Shown: piece by piece, positions 11,608 to 24,555 of the stretch
How positions within the stretch are numbered: the first letter of the stretch is position 1
Layout of the letters: each line of letters begins with the position of its first letter
The notes under the pieces: generated by a model
The model's database searches: none
Told to the model about the DNA's origin: nothing
Seen by the model: only the letters and a program-made list of their open reading frames with translations
Program-made: the position numbers and the translations under genes
Assembly (NCBI GenBank): GCA_951406725.2
Contig: OX597836.1
Location: 29,574,001-29,638,000 of the forward strand
Source of the DNA: Octopus vulgaris
Lineage: Eukaryota
DNA length: 64,000 nucleotides
Direction: 5' to 3'

Positions 11608-12093
11608 ATACATACATATATATATATATACATACATACATATATATATACATACATATATATATACATACATACATACATATATATACATACATACATA
11701 CATATATATATACATACATACATACATATATATATATACATACATACATATATATATATATACATACATACATATATATATATATACATACATACATATA
11801 TATATATATATACATACATACATATATATATATACATACATACATATATATATATATACATACATACATATATATATATATACATACATACATATATATA
11901 TACATACATATATATATATATATACATACATACATATATATATACATACATACATACATACATATATACATACATACATATATATATACATACATATATA
12001 TATACATACATACATATATATATACATACATACATATATATATACATACATACATACATATATATATATACATACATACATATATATATACAT

Positions 12094-12124
<31 letters not shown>

Positions 12125-12271
12125 CATACATACATATATATACATACATACATATATATACATACATACATACATATATATACATACATACATATATATA
12201 CATACATACATACATATATATATATACATACATACATATATATATATATACATACATACATATATATATAC

Positions 12272-12310
<39 letters not shown>

Positions 12311-12345
12311 CATATATATATATACATACATACATATATATATAC

Positions 12346-12384
<39 letters not shown>

Positions 12385-12421
12385 CATATATATATATATA
12401 TACATACATACATATATATAT

Positions 12422-12452
<31 letters not shown>

Positions 12453-12453
12453 C

Positions 12454-12492
<39 letters not shown>

Positions 12493-12530
12493 CATATATA
12501 TATATACATACATATATATATATACATACA

Positions 12531-12616
<86 letters not shown>

Positions 12617-13001
12617 CATACATACATATATATATATACATACATACATATACATACATACATATATATATATACATACATACATATATATATATACATA
12701 CATACATATATATATATACATACATACATACATATATATATATACATCATATATATATATATACATACATATATATATATATATATACATACATATATAT
12801 ACATATATATATATACATACATATATATATATATATATACATGTATACGACGGGCTTCTTTCGGTTTCCGTCTACCAAATCCACTCACAAGGCTTTGGTC
12901 GGCCCGAGGCTATAGTAGAAGACACTCGCCCAAGGTGCCACGCAGTGGGACTGAACCCGGAACCATGTGGTTGGTAAGCAAGCTACTTACCACACAGCCA
13001 C
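11318..13001 (-). mobile_element. SINE family A copy with internal microsatellite expanded to ~1.3 kb
   Basis: 3' half at 11318-11530 and 5' half at 12845-13001 are collinear with the family consensus. Confidence 0.9.
11531..12847. repeat. Compound (TA)n/(CATA)n microsatellite
   Basis: Directly visible; source of the spurious 400-520 aa YI/MYV ORFs. Confidence 0.98.
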
Positions 13002-13156
13002 GAATTCTTTTTTTAAAAATGCAGCCTCCCGATGATGAGCCATGTCTAATGTGACCTTCTTCTCAGAAAGTGTTGCCCAGGATTCACACTTTTCAAGACC
13101 GATTCACACTTTTCAAGACTATCAAACTCACCGACACAAATAAATAGATTTTATAA

Positions 13157-13452
13157 ACTGGCACTCTGCCGGTTATGACAAGTGTTTCAGTTGATCCAAT
13201 GAACAGAATAACCTGCTCGTGAAATTAATGTGCAACTGGCTGAGCACTCCACAGATACACGTATCCTTAATGTAGTTCTCAGGGAGATTTAGTATCACAC
13301 ACAAAACGTGATATGGCTGGCCCCTTTGAAATACAGCTACTACTCATTTTTGCCAACAGAGTGGACTGGAGCGGCACGAGATAAAAGTGCTTTGCTCAAG
13401 GACTCAACGTGCCACTGAGAATCAAACTCATGACCTTACAACAGTGAGCTGT
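13157..13452 (-). mobile_element. SINE family D copy
   Basis: Matches the other family D copies from the AACTGGCACTC tail to the tRNA B box. Confidence 0.8.
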
Positions 13453-13755
13453 CAGTTTAAATTGATTTTATATTGATTGCTTTGGTCCTAACAAAAATCA
13501 ATGAATGTGAATTATAACGATTTCTACTTCAAGTCTAGCATGCTATATGCAATCACTATCGTTGTTTTAATGTCCACTTCCATGCTTGCAAATTGAGGTA
13601 AATTGTCTACAGTTGGATGCCCTTCCTGTCACCAACCCCCACCTGTTTCCAAGTGAGGTTAATATTTCCCCATGGTCAGACGGGTTTCCACAGAATACTG
13701 GAAATGAATGACATTCATTTAACGACATCACACAATGTCAAAACAAGGAAACACA

Positions 13756-13802
<47 letters not shown>

Positions 13803-14099
13803 TTACATATCATGGCTTCCACACAGTTTCCGACTCTCAAATCAGCTCAGAGGGATTTTGGCTGGGGATAGCAGAAGACACTTGCTCAAATTGCCATGCA
13901 GAGGGACTGAACCCAAACCTATGTAGTCAGAAAACAAATGTCTTATTAACCACACAGCCATGCCAGTCCTCAAGAAATGGGTGAGGTAGCCATGATTGGA
14001 AGGTCAGAGCTGACTGGAGCTAAAGAATAGCAATAACAACTCAATGGGTCACAAACTGTACACATTCAAAATTTATATACATGCAAGACTTTGCATAGT

Positions 14100-14326
14100 A
14101 AAAGTAAGGTACTGCTTTGATCCCTAGGACTTGTAGAGCCAGTAACTCAGTTTTTGTAGTGTACAAATAACTGGGGTCACATTTCCCTTCAACAGGACAC
14201 CAGTCCATTGCAGGGGTGCTCATTTACAGCTGAGGGGACTGGAGCAACATGAAATGGAAGTGTCAGGAATCAAAACCTTTATCTTGTAAATGAAAGTACA
14301 AACTCCCTAATCACTACGCCACATGC
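14100..14326 (-). mobile_element. Old SINE with CORE-like and V-domain-like segments
   Basis: Minus strand has GCAATGGACTGGTGTCCTGTTGAAGGG (V-domain-like) after CTCCAGTCCCCTCAGCTGTAAATG; relatives at ~20010-20490 and 60086-60190. Confidence 0.55.
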
Positions 14327-14519
14327 ATTCACTTTGTTGCATGATAAACCCTTTCTACTATAGGTACAAGACCTGGAAGTTTTTAGGGGTGTTTTCTCAA
14401 TTACAATAGCAGTTTTGACACATGACAAAACTGCTGATTTACAATTTGTATTGTAAGTATAATACCATTGCCCAAGTGTGGTGAGGAGTTGTCCAAAGAC
14501 ACAAAAAAAGATAATAATA

Positions 14520-14775
14520 AACAACCACACACAACATGCACACAGACAGAAATAAACAATCAAACACACATGCACACACACACACACAGACAGAAATAAA
14601 CAATCAAACACACATGCACACACACACAGACAGAAATAAACAATCACACACATATGCATACATACAGAAATAAACAATCCCACACATATACAGATAGAGA
14701 AATAAACAATCACACACACATGCACACAGACAGAGAAATAAACAATCACACACACATGCACACAGACAGAAACAA

Positions 14776-14823
<48 letters not shown>
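14520..14823. repeat. Minisatellite of ~36-bp units (CAGACAGAAATAAACAATCACACACACATGCACA), ~7 copies, ending in (CA)n
   Basis: Directly visible tandem units. Confidence 0.9.
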
Positions 14824-14828
<5 letters not shown>

Positions 14829-15057
14829 CTATCACACACACATACAGATCCAAGGTAAGCTTCCATACAGTTTCTGTCAACCAGTTTTATTCATAAGGCA
14901 CTGGTCAGTGTAAGACAAGCCGCTCAAGTAGCTACATAGTGAAATTGAACCTGAAACCACTTTCGGTTGAAATTTCAGTGTTAATTTATCTTCCAAACAC
15001 TAACTTTAATAATGAGAAAAATTATTTTATTAAATTCTTCATTATTTTCAAAATCAA

Positions 15058-15491
15058 ATAGATTGTTACCTGTTGCTATGCTGCTGGTAAGAATATTTGT
15101 TAATCATGCACATACCTTCGTAAATTGTTCAAAGTGAAAATCTTTTCTTAAAGTTTGTGTTGCATTGTCTATATCTTGAAAGACACACACAAACCCCAAA
15201 AATAACTATATGTATTAAATATACACATATAATCCAATTTTGAAGTCTGTGTTGTGCTGTGTTGACGGACTTGCATTCAAAATTACTGCCTTTTTGATCA
15301 AAATTTGTAAGTTACTAAGGTGACAACACTACCTATTTATCTATCTTTCACACACACTTTCTCGCTCTCTCTCACTGTCTTACTCTCTCAATTTTTTCTC
15401 CTCCCCTTCCTCTCTCTCTCTCTCTGTACACACACAGAGATGTTGCTATGGACAAACAGATAGAGATTAGCTTCTCTTTTATAATTTAAGA
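15058..15491 (-). mobile_element. Non-autonomous Helitron nested in a TTAA/CCC-type MITE (~14950-15538)
   Basis: Minus-strand 5' TCTTAAATTATAAAAGAGAAG resembles the Helitron at 35217; decayed 3' hairpin and CTAT end; host MITE halves rejoin and resemble 23492-23914. Confidence 0.6.
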
Positions 15492-15999
15492 CTGAAACAA
15501 AAACAGTGTATTTTAACAGAAATACGGTAACAAAAGGGTTAACGTTGACTGTGACTCAGTGCTAAGCTAAAGTTTCAAAGATCTGTTAAAACAAAACTAG
15601 CTATGTGTCTGAAACTGCTACTAAACAATAAACATACTGTCAGCTCATAGCAATTTTAAAACTTTGCTATACTAATTTTCCTCAACAGGCCTACATTTAT
15701 CTGCCTCTGTCTTTCCTCTCACATAAATTCACATATCCTATCTAATTGGTTGTACTGCATTACTCAGAATATTGAGGTCATTCACACAACTTTGGTTGTG
15801 TGACCTATCTAATAAACAAAAGGCTAAATACTAAGTGCAAACAAATTTCTTTAAAAAAAAACTGTCCAGGTAAGTTATTACAAGATAATAATTGATATGT
15901 TCAATCTCAGTGTGTGTCACCCTGGGTGAAGGCCTTCAACTTTAGCCCTGGGTTGACCAAAGACTTGCAAATGGATGTGGTAGACAAAAAGAAGCTCAC

Positions 16000-16037
<38 letters not shown>

Positions 16038-16039
16038 TG

Positions 16040-16595
16040 TCTTTTACCTGTTAGTCATTAAACCATGGCCATGCTGGGGTACCACATTCAAGATTTTTTA
16101 GTCAAATGAACCAACCCCAATACTTATTTTTGTTAAAGCCTGGCACTTGCTGAACTGCTAAGTTACAGGTTGTAAACACACCAACACCGGTTGTCAAGTG
16201 GTGGTGGGTGATACAAACACAAAGACACACTCACACATGTATGCATACGACAGGCTTCCTTCAGTTTCCATCTCCCAAATCTACTCACAAGAGTTTGGTC
16301 AGCCTGAGACTATAGTAGAAGACACTTGCCCAAGGTGCCACACAGTGGGACTGAACCCGGAACCATGTGGTTGGGAAGCAAACTTCTTAACACATAGCTA
16401 TGCTTGTATCTGTCCCCACACAGCTTGGCTAGTTTGTTTGTTTGTATTCCTGTAACTCAGTGGTTCAGCATAAGAGATCAATAGAATAAGCACCAGAAAA
16501 TAAGAACGGAGGTCAATTCGTTTGACTAAAACCCTTCAAGGAACTGCCCCAGCATGGCCGTAGTCCAATGGCTGATACAAGTAAAGGATAAAAGA
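16040..16595. mobile_element. Two adjacent SINE family A copies in opposite orientation
   Basis: Minus copy ~16040-16405; plus-strand 3' half ~16410-16595. Confidence 0.75.
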
Positions 16596-16845
16596 AAGTA
16601 AATAAATGAGTCATACTATCAAAGTTTCGTAGTCAGATGACATGATTATTCTTAAATATGCCTTCATTTTATCAACAATCTCGTTCAAATATTTGCCGCT
16701 GCTACTACAACCAACATTTGCACCTATAGGCTTCCATACTTACTCTATTAAGTTCCAGCACTTGCAAGAAGTCACCAACAGCCGCCTCACCTGGATAGTC
16801 TGGAATTGGCCACTCAACACAAGATCAAGTCAAAAAATTTGTTTC

Positions 16846-17082
16846 AGGGTCCACAATGGCCCTTGGAAGACCACATAGGATTTTGCTGTTAAAATTTATG
16901 TGCAAGAACCCGGTTATACTTCTACAGAACATAAATATATTAATTTTTTTAATACAATTCCTAATATTTAATTATAAAAATATAATAGGACTTTTTTAAA
17001 ATATTGAATGTTTAGTAGGGCCCAGTAGAGTAAAACAGAAATCAAAGAGGTCCATAGGTAAAAAATGGTTGTGAACCCACTG
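16846..17082. mobile_element. hAT MITE related to 2142-2350
   Basis: Shared body and right end AATGGTTGTGAACCCACTG. Confidence 0.6.
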
Positions 17083-17127
17083 GTCTATTCCCTCACTTGG
17101 ACACCAAAATAAGTCTGTATCCATAGA

Positions 17128-17755
17128 CACAGGTCTAGCTGTGTGGTAAGAAGCTTGCTTCCTAACCACATGGTTCTGGGTTCAGTCCTACAGCATAGAA
17201 TATTGGACAAGTGTCTTCTACTATAGTCTTGAGCCAACCAAAGCTTTAAGTAGATTTCATAGATGGAAACTGAAAGGAGTCCATCATATATATATATATA
17301 TATGTATATATGTAAGGCTGGGCGAAATGCGTAGCTGTATTTCGTCTGCCGTTACGTTCTGGGTTCAAATTCCGCCGAGGTCAACTTTGCCTTTCATCCT
17401 TACGGGGTCGATAAATCAAGCACTGGGGTTGATGTAATTGACTTAATCCGTCAGTCTGTCCTTGTTTGTCCCCTATGTGTTTAACTCCTTGTGGGTAGTA
17501 AAGAAATATATATATATATATATATATATATCTGTGTATGTATCTTTATGCCTGTCACCCCCATCACTACTTGAGAACTGGTGTTGGTGTGTTTATCTGT
17601 AACTTAGTGGTTTAGCAAAAGAGATCAACAGAAATAAGTACTAGGCTTAAAAAGAATATATATAAAGACCTGGGGCCAATTTATTCAGCTAAAACTTTTC
17701 GGGGTGCTGTTCCAGCATGGCCACAGTCAAATGACTGAAACAAGTAAAAGATAAA
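17128..17755 (+). mobile_element. SINE family A with a family B SINE (~17315-17508) inserted in its TA tract
   Basis: Collinear halves of A flank a 5'-truncated B copy. Confidence 0.85.
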
Positions 17756-18847
17756 ACATAAAATGATCTTTTCCAGTTTTTTGCACTTGTCTTAACTGAA
17801 GTGTTGGTTTTTACATTAACCTACCAATGATGGAAACTTTAAATCAGTCATGGGGAACAGGTGGCCCACATGACTTTCTGAATGGCATGCATAACAAAAA
17901 AAAATTCCCGTAATTTATTTTGGTAATATGGTCCACTTGTGATAAACTATGTGACCTACTTCTTTATATGGTTATTTGACCGGCTAAAAATAACAACCAA
18001 ATCTCTATCATAACACATGCTAGCTTCTTAAATAAGGTAAAAAGTATTTAGGACTATGTAGTTTTAAATAGGACGTTCATGGCTGGAAGGCCTTTAATAA
18101 TAATTTCAAATTTTGGCACAAGGTCAGCGAGTTCAATGGAGAGGTGGGGCTAAGTTGATTACATTGACTCCAGTGTTCATTGGTATCGACCCCGAAAGGA
18201 TGAAAGGCAAAGTCAACCTCAGTGAAGTTTTAACGCAGAACGTGAAGACAGACAAAATACCACTAAGCAATTTGCCCGGCATGCAAACAGTTCTGCCAGC
18301 TCACTGCCTTGGAATGCTTTTAATAATAGATTGACTAAATCAAGTAGTGAATCAGAGCAAGATAAAAATGCTTCACACTATTTGTTCAAGTTCAGCGCTC
18401 TGAGTTCAAATGCCACCAAGGTCGACTTTGTCTTCCATCTTTTCGGGGTCAATAAAATAAAGCACAAGTCCAGGGCAGTGGCTTGTAGAATTGTTAGAGG
18501 GCCAGCTGTGGTGCCTTGTGATATTTGTTCAGGATCTTTGTATTTTGAGTTGTTGGGTGGTTGGCTTCATCCATTGACCAGTTTAACACTACCACTGGTC
18601 ATTGGGCCCGTTTAACTCTGTAACTACTCAATTAAATTTCATGGTCACTTTTGTAATAATATAAATTATCCACCAAAAAGCAAAATTGATATATTCTGCT
18701 TCTGTAATACTTTTCTCAGTATCTCTTATCGGTATGATTTTTTTTTTTCATATCCACCACCAAAAGTATTTGATTCTTGCTCTGTAAAGAGATATTATAT
18801 GAAATAAGTGAAAAAATTGTGACAATCTGAAAAATTATCTTTCATAA

Positions 18848-19248
18848 GGCGCAGGAGTGGCTGTGTGGTAAGTAGCTTGTTTACCAACCACATGGTTCCG
18901 GGTTCAGTCCCACTGCGTGGCACCTTGGGCAAGTGTCTTCTACTATAGCCTCGGGCCGACCAAAGCCTTGTGAGTGGATTTGGTAAACGGAAACTGAAAG
19001 AAGCCCATCGTATATATGTATATATTGCGTGTGTGTGTTTGTGTGTCTGTGTTTGTCCCCCTAGCATTGTTTGACAACCGATGCTGGTGTGTTTATGTCC
19101 CCGTTACTTAGCGGTTCGGCAAAAGAGACCGATAGAATAAGTACTGGGCTTACAAAAGAATAAGTCCTGGGGTCGAGTTGCTCGATTAAAGGCGGTGTTC
19201 CAGCATGGCTGCAGTCAAATGACTGAAACAAGTAAAAGAGTAAAGAGA
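18848..19248 (+). mobile_element. SINE family A, full-length young copy
   Basis: GGCGCAGGAGTGGCTGTGTGG A box, GGTTCAGTCCC B box, CORE-like GGCACCTTGGGCAAGTG, internal TA/TG tract, (TAAAAGAG)n tail; CpGs retained. Confidence 0.95.
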
Positions 19249-20220
19249 TAGTATAAAAAGTGTCACTGGGGTTGACTCTGCTCCTCACAGCATATGGAGA
19301 GGTTTTGTTTCAAAGTAATGAGATAAAGCTGCTTTCTAGTCAACGGCAGCAAAATTTTGAGGAGATGTATCCGTTTACTGCATTCAAAAGGTTAACAGAA
19401 TTTACACTGTTACAAGCATTCAGGTGAGGTCCCTGGTTTGGAGATAACATCTCTTCTTTACATCTCAGAAAGCCTTAAAAATACTTTATCAAGAGTGCTG
19501 CCCTTCCTGACTAAATGTTAAAACAAAAATTAATGCCAACCAGGGGCTAAAGTGTTAATGGCGATTTCTAATTTAGATACAATGCCGGCAATTTTGAAAA
19601 GAGGGTTATAGTTGATTACATCAACTCTAGTATTTGATTTTAATGTTTTATCTTACGAGCCCAGAGAAAGGAAAAGTAAAGTTGACCTTGGCAAGATTTG
19701 AACCCAGGACATAAAGAGTCAGAAGACATGCCACAAAGCATTTTTCCCAATGCACTAATCATTCTACCTGCACATGAACAAGGGTTAATAATAAAGGTAA
19801 AGTAAGATGATGAGCTGGCAGAATCTTAGCAGCATTGAGTTGTCTTTATGCCCTGAACTGAAATGCCACCAAGGTTGACTTTGCCTTTCATCCTTTCGGG
19901 GTCAATAAAATAAGTACCAGTTGAACACTGGGGTCAATGTAATAAACTTACTACCTTTCCTTTGAAATTGTTGGTCTTGTTCCAAAATTTGAAACTAACA
20001 ATAAAAGTGAAGTAAGCCCTCTGGACATGTCTTGAGCCCTAGGACTCCATGGTAACCAGAGGAAAATATAAGTGACTGAGATCACAACGTCCCCTCGCAA
20101 GGTTACTCGATTACAGCTAAGTGGACAGAAGCAATGTGAAATGAAGTATTTTGCTCAAGAGCATGATCTGTCTGGTCCACAGATTGAAACAACGGTCTTG
20201 CGATTGTGTGTGTAATACCT

Positions 20221-20451
20221 ATTTTTTTACTACCCACAAGGGGCTAAACACAGAGGGGACAAACAAGGAAAGACAAATGGATTAAGTCGATTACATCGAC
20301 CCCAGTGCGTAACTGGTACTTAATTTATCGACCCTGAAAGGATGAAAGGCAAAGTCGACCTCGGCGGTATTTGAACTCAGAACGTAACGACAGACGAAAT
20401 ACCGCTAAGCATTTCGCCCGGCAAGCTAAAGTTTCTGCCAGCTCACCGCCC
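20221..20451 (-). mobile_element. SINE family B, full-length, with 17-bp TSD
   Basis: TSD ATTGTG[T/A]GTGTAATACC at 20203-20219 and 20454-20470; inserted into the head of an older SINE. Confidence 0.9.
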
Positions 20452-21307
20452 TTATTGTGAGTGTAATACCCTGACCATTAGGCCATCTATGTTTATTTCA
20501 TTAAATAAAATAAAAAAATGGAGAAAATGCAAGACATTTTGGATAAAATAGTTCTGAATATACATGACAGGAATTCAAAACTTGATCTTGCAATTGTGAG
20601 TGCAACACCCTAACCACTAGACTATACACCTTCATGTTAATAATAAAACTCTCAATCAAATGTATGAATTCATTTTGCCCAACATTTAACCACCTCGAAA
20701 CTAACAAATACAGATTTCATCACCAACAACTTATTTGCAAATAGCTTCCACTATCTATCAACCGATTATTACTACAGAAAACACTTTCTTGAGGTAAACA
20801 GAGACAAGATGAAGTTAGCTGTTCACTACCAAGCATTTTTGTCTGATAGTTTTACTAAGAGTGGACTGTAATTTATGTAGTTCTCTACTCAACTACAAAT
20901 CCAGACTGAATTTTATTGATTGTAACTGTATCTCGCATATAACTGACGCTCTCACCAACATATTCATTAGCATACGCGATAGATTTACCCCTTTAAACTT
21001 TCCTCAAGCTACTATATCACACTTAATATTATATTTAATGAAGTATTGTTACGTAAGCCTAGCAGCTTCCGACATCAGTTACAAATAAACAACCACAGCA
21101 GTGCCTTCAGTATATTAATATCTCTGAGGACCTTTTAGCTTTCAATTACTTCATTAATTATCTCATTCACAAGTATCTTTAATGACAAATGTAGCCAGAG
21201 GACGCTTCTACAAGGTCAATTAACCCACTAGAAATGACAACCAAATCTCAATCATATTACACCCTATCATCTTAGAAAAGAAGAAAGGAATGTATTCCTG
21301 CATGCAT

Positions 21308-21692
21308 TACTCTTTTACTCGTTTCAGTCATTTGATTGCGGCCATGCTGGAGCACTGCCTTCTATCGAGCAACTCGACCCCAGGACTTATTCTTTGTAAG
21401 CCTAGTACTTATTCTATCGGTCTATTTTGCCGAACCGCTAAGTGACGGGGACATAAACACACCAGCATCGGTTGTCAAGCAATGCTAGGGGGACAAACAC
21501 AGACACACATACATATATATACATATATACGACAGGCTTCTTTCAGTTTCCGTCTACCAAATCCACTCACGAGGCATTGGTCGGCCCGGGGCTATAGTAG
21601 AAGACACTTGCCTAAGGTGCCACGCAGTGGGACTGAACCTGGAACCATGTGGTTGGTTAGCAGGCTACTTACCACACAGCCACTCCTCCGCA
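21308..21692 (-). mobile_element. SINE family A, full-length
   Basis: Reverse-complement match to 18848-19248. Confidence 0.93.
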
Positions 21693-22262
21693 TTGGGGAT
21701 AATAATGCAGCCCCTCAGCACTCAGATTACTGTCAAATATAATATTTATTTATTCACATTGTTGGGAATTAATCATGCATTATCTTGTAGTCCTGATGAT
21801 GTGATTGTTTATTTTTAGAATGACATTGTAGGACAAGTGTAAGAAGCCAGATCTGGTTAGTCTGAACATAAAACAGGTAGAATGTTTGGACCAGATATAG
21901 CCAGTTTACATGCTGACCACTTAATCATAAGCCAGTTCAATGAGAGCAGACCAGAGACTTAACAACAACAAAATCATTGCGCTAACTTCTAGCCCCAACA
22001 CTTTTCTCCAAGGCTGAAACAATCAATTCGTCCTCATCTACAGACTGAATGATTTATTGATTGATCTAAGATTATTCCATCATTATATTGATCACTGTTT
22101 ATTTAGTGTGGCCTCTCTTCTGCACCAGTCAAAGTTCCTCATGTGTTGCTCAAAGAATGTTGCCTCATGAAAATAAGCAGCTATCCCCCACAAAACCTAG
22201 TTGGTAGACGGAAAATGAAAGCTTGATGTGTGTGTGTGTGCATATATATATACACACACAAT

Positions 22263-22296
22263 CTGAGGAGTCTCCATGAAGGAGACAAAAGCACTA
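22263..22296 (+). ncRNA. Hammerhead-like relic
   Basis: CTGAGGA-GTCTCC-ATGAA-GGAGAC-AAAA-GCAC-TA: CUGANGA core and perfect 6-bp stem II; GAAA and GCGC differ by CpG-type transitions; stem I weak. Confidence 0.45.
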
Positions 22297-22379
22297 ATAA
22301 AAAAATTATCCAAAATTCTGACTGCTCCTTTTTCTTAATATATTAAATCTGAACATCACTTAAAACAATAAATATATAT

Positions 22380-22551
22380 AGGTGCAGGAGTGGCTGTGTG
22401 GTAAGTAGCTTGCTTACCAACCACATGGTTCCGGGTTCAGTCCCACTGCATGGCACCTTGGGCAAGTGTCTTCTACTATAGCCTCAGGCCGACCAAAGCC
22501 TTGTGAATGGATTTAGTAGATGGTAAGTGAAAGAAGCCCGTCGTATATATG

Positions 22552-22588
<37 letters not shown>

Positions 22589-22706
22589 ATTTGTGTCTAT
22601 GTTTGTCCCCCTAGTATTGCTTGACAACCGATGCTGGTGTGTTTATGTCCCCATCACTTAGCGGTTCAGCAAAAGAGCCGCAGTCAAATAAGTAAGAGTA
22701 AAAGAG
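22380..22706 (+). mobile_element. SINE family A copy with 3' internal deletion
   Basis: Head and body match the family; sequence jumps from AAAAGAG to GCCGCAGTCAAAT. Confidence 0.85.
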
Positions 22707-22738
<32 letters not shown>

Positions 22739-23491
22739 CATACACACACACACACACACATAAATGCACACGACAGGCTTCTTTTAGTTTCCATCTACCG
22801 ACTAGGCTATGTGGAGAATAGCTGCATATTTATACACACACACACATAATACATATCTGTGTGTGTGCCTTTATGTTTATGCTTGTAACCCACCACAACT
22901 TCACAACCAATGTTGATTTGTCGTTTACGTCCCAGCAACTTAGCAGTTCAACAAAAAAGGTCTGATGGAATAAGTATGATGCTTAAAAAAATAATAAGTG
23001 CTGATTTCTCCAACTAAACCAATCAAGGTAGTGCACCAGTATGGCCACAGTTTGCTGACTAGAACAACTAAAAAATAAATAATATACCTGCCAATCAAGC
23101 TGATAGTGTCTCTACATGGCTCCTCGGTATCTTTTTTGTGAGATTGAACATCTTGAGATCATCCCATGTCTTTCTAGGTCTGACTCTTCCATTATTATTT
23201 GTCTTTATGTTTGCTTTCCACATTGGCATGCATTGGACGGGTTGCCATCATCGGACTCAGCACATATTTGAAGGTACTGCTCACCTTGCACAATGACTTT
23301 AAAACGAAGAAGAGTTGTGCACCATCAACCTCACATTCTTGTCTGTGACCATTGTCACTTCAGTGGCAAGACCAGGTCAAGACAGTTAGGGATGGAGATG
23401 GATGCAATAGTTGACCAATATGTCTTACTTGCCTCATCGTGTTCTCTCTGCACTCGACAACATGTTGCTTCAAATGCCATTTCCCCTTTAA

Positions 23492-23914
23492 CCCTTTCGT
23501 TACTGTATTTATTTTGAGATGCTCTGTGTTTCCTTCAAATACTTTAAATATAAGAAAGAATTTAGTAAAATAACTTAGTTATCATTCAGCTAGTATTAGG
23601 AACATAAATTGTGACTAAGGTTTGATGGAAGATTTTAATTCAAAACTTATGAAAACAAGACATTTGTACTCAGAGCCAGAGCCGGTTTCAGCCAGGTTGG
23701 TCATCATCATCATTGTTTGATCGTGGTCAAGACAATGGAATTTACCATGCTACACCAGACTTCACGGTCCATCATAGCATTACGGAGGTCCTGTTGTTGG
23801 CTGCCTGTATCCCTGGAGATTACATCAAGGTAGGAGAGTGTGCGCCCTCTGGTATTGCGAGTAGATGGCTTCCAGAGGAGAAGAGTAGAAATTGCAAGGT
23901 TGGTAATGAGAGGG
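23492..23914. mobile_element. piggyBac-like (TTAA) MITE
   Basis: TTAA|CCCTTTCGTTAC ... GTAATGAGAGGG|TTAA. Confidence 0.8.
23702..23896 (-). mobile_element. 5'-truncated RTE-X-like LINE 3' end with 8-bp TSD
   Basis: Minus frame ISTLLLWKPSTRNTRGRTLSYLDVISRDTG..DLRNAMMDREVW, (TGA)n tail, TSD AGGTTGGT at 23694-23701 and 23897-23904. Confidence 0.8.
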
Positions 23915-24355
23915 TTAAACCCTGAAGATCTCTTCTGCAGAATCCATCATACCCGGTCTACTCATACTTATGTAGGTAATTTCTAGTACACTATTTAACC
24001 TATAGCTGGGACCCTTACAAGTGCTATATTACTCCAAGTTGGAAAAGTAAGTGGATCTTGTACCAGTGGAAAGCACAAACAATGGTTGAAGAACACGGTA
24101 GAATAGGTGCAGTAACATCATTAGTTACATTGGAAGTAATGTATGGCAAACCAAAGAGAGGAAACAATGCTAGTATTTCTCAATGTAATTATATTCATAT
24201 CAGATCAACAAGAGAAATTATAAAAAATTATCATATCTGTTATTTGTAGTAAATTTTAAGACTTTAATTATGCGCTGTTCATTCAAAGAGAGAGAGACAG
24301 ACAGACTACCTGTCACATATCTCCTAGGAATATGAAAGGTGATTTAATCTGCATA

Positions 24356-24555
24356 AAAAGCAAGAGGGAACCAGATCGATCTAGTTCGGTCCCAACCAAA
24401 AGTTCACCTGCTGTCTCACTCTGTCTCAGTATGATCCGCATATTAAGGATTCAGTTAATCCTTAATATGTAGGTCATACTGAAACAGCGTGAGGCAACAG
24501 ATAAACTGTTGGTTGAGACTGAAATAGATTGATGTGGTGGTACCCTGTTCTTTTC
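24356..24555. repeat. Imperfect palindrome with ~95-bp arms and ~5-bp spacer
   Basis: 24375-24451 is the reverse complement of 24457-24533 with mostly transition mismatches; weaker match continues outward. Confidence 0.9.

Noticed and set aside
11455-13054. Long ORFs of 407-521 aa
   Set aside because: Translations of a stop-free (TA)/(CATA) microsatellite flanked by SINE sequence
14520-14800. CRISPR-like regular repeats (also 53995-54310)
   Set aside because: No unique spacers and no cas genes; eukaryotic minisatellites
15117-15175. Exon-like segment on the minus strand (DIDNATQTLRKDFHFEQFTK, GTATGT donor)
   Set aside because: Lies inside a probable Helitron and ends in a phase incompatible with the preferred exon chain; exonisation not excluded
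18795-19288. Recurrent short ORFs such as [36 protein letters not shown] and [20 protein letters not shown], seen many times
   Set aside because: Antisense translations of SINE family A, not a protein family
19291-19423. Plus-strand AG..GT-bounded open stretch (YGEVLFQSNEIKLLSSQRQQNFEEMYPF..)
   Set aside because: No partner exons or recognisable homology, and antisense to the inferred gene; could be chance
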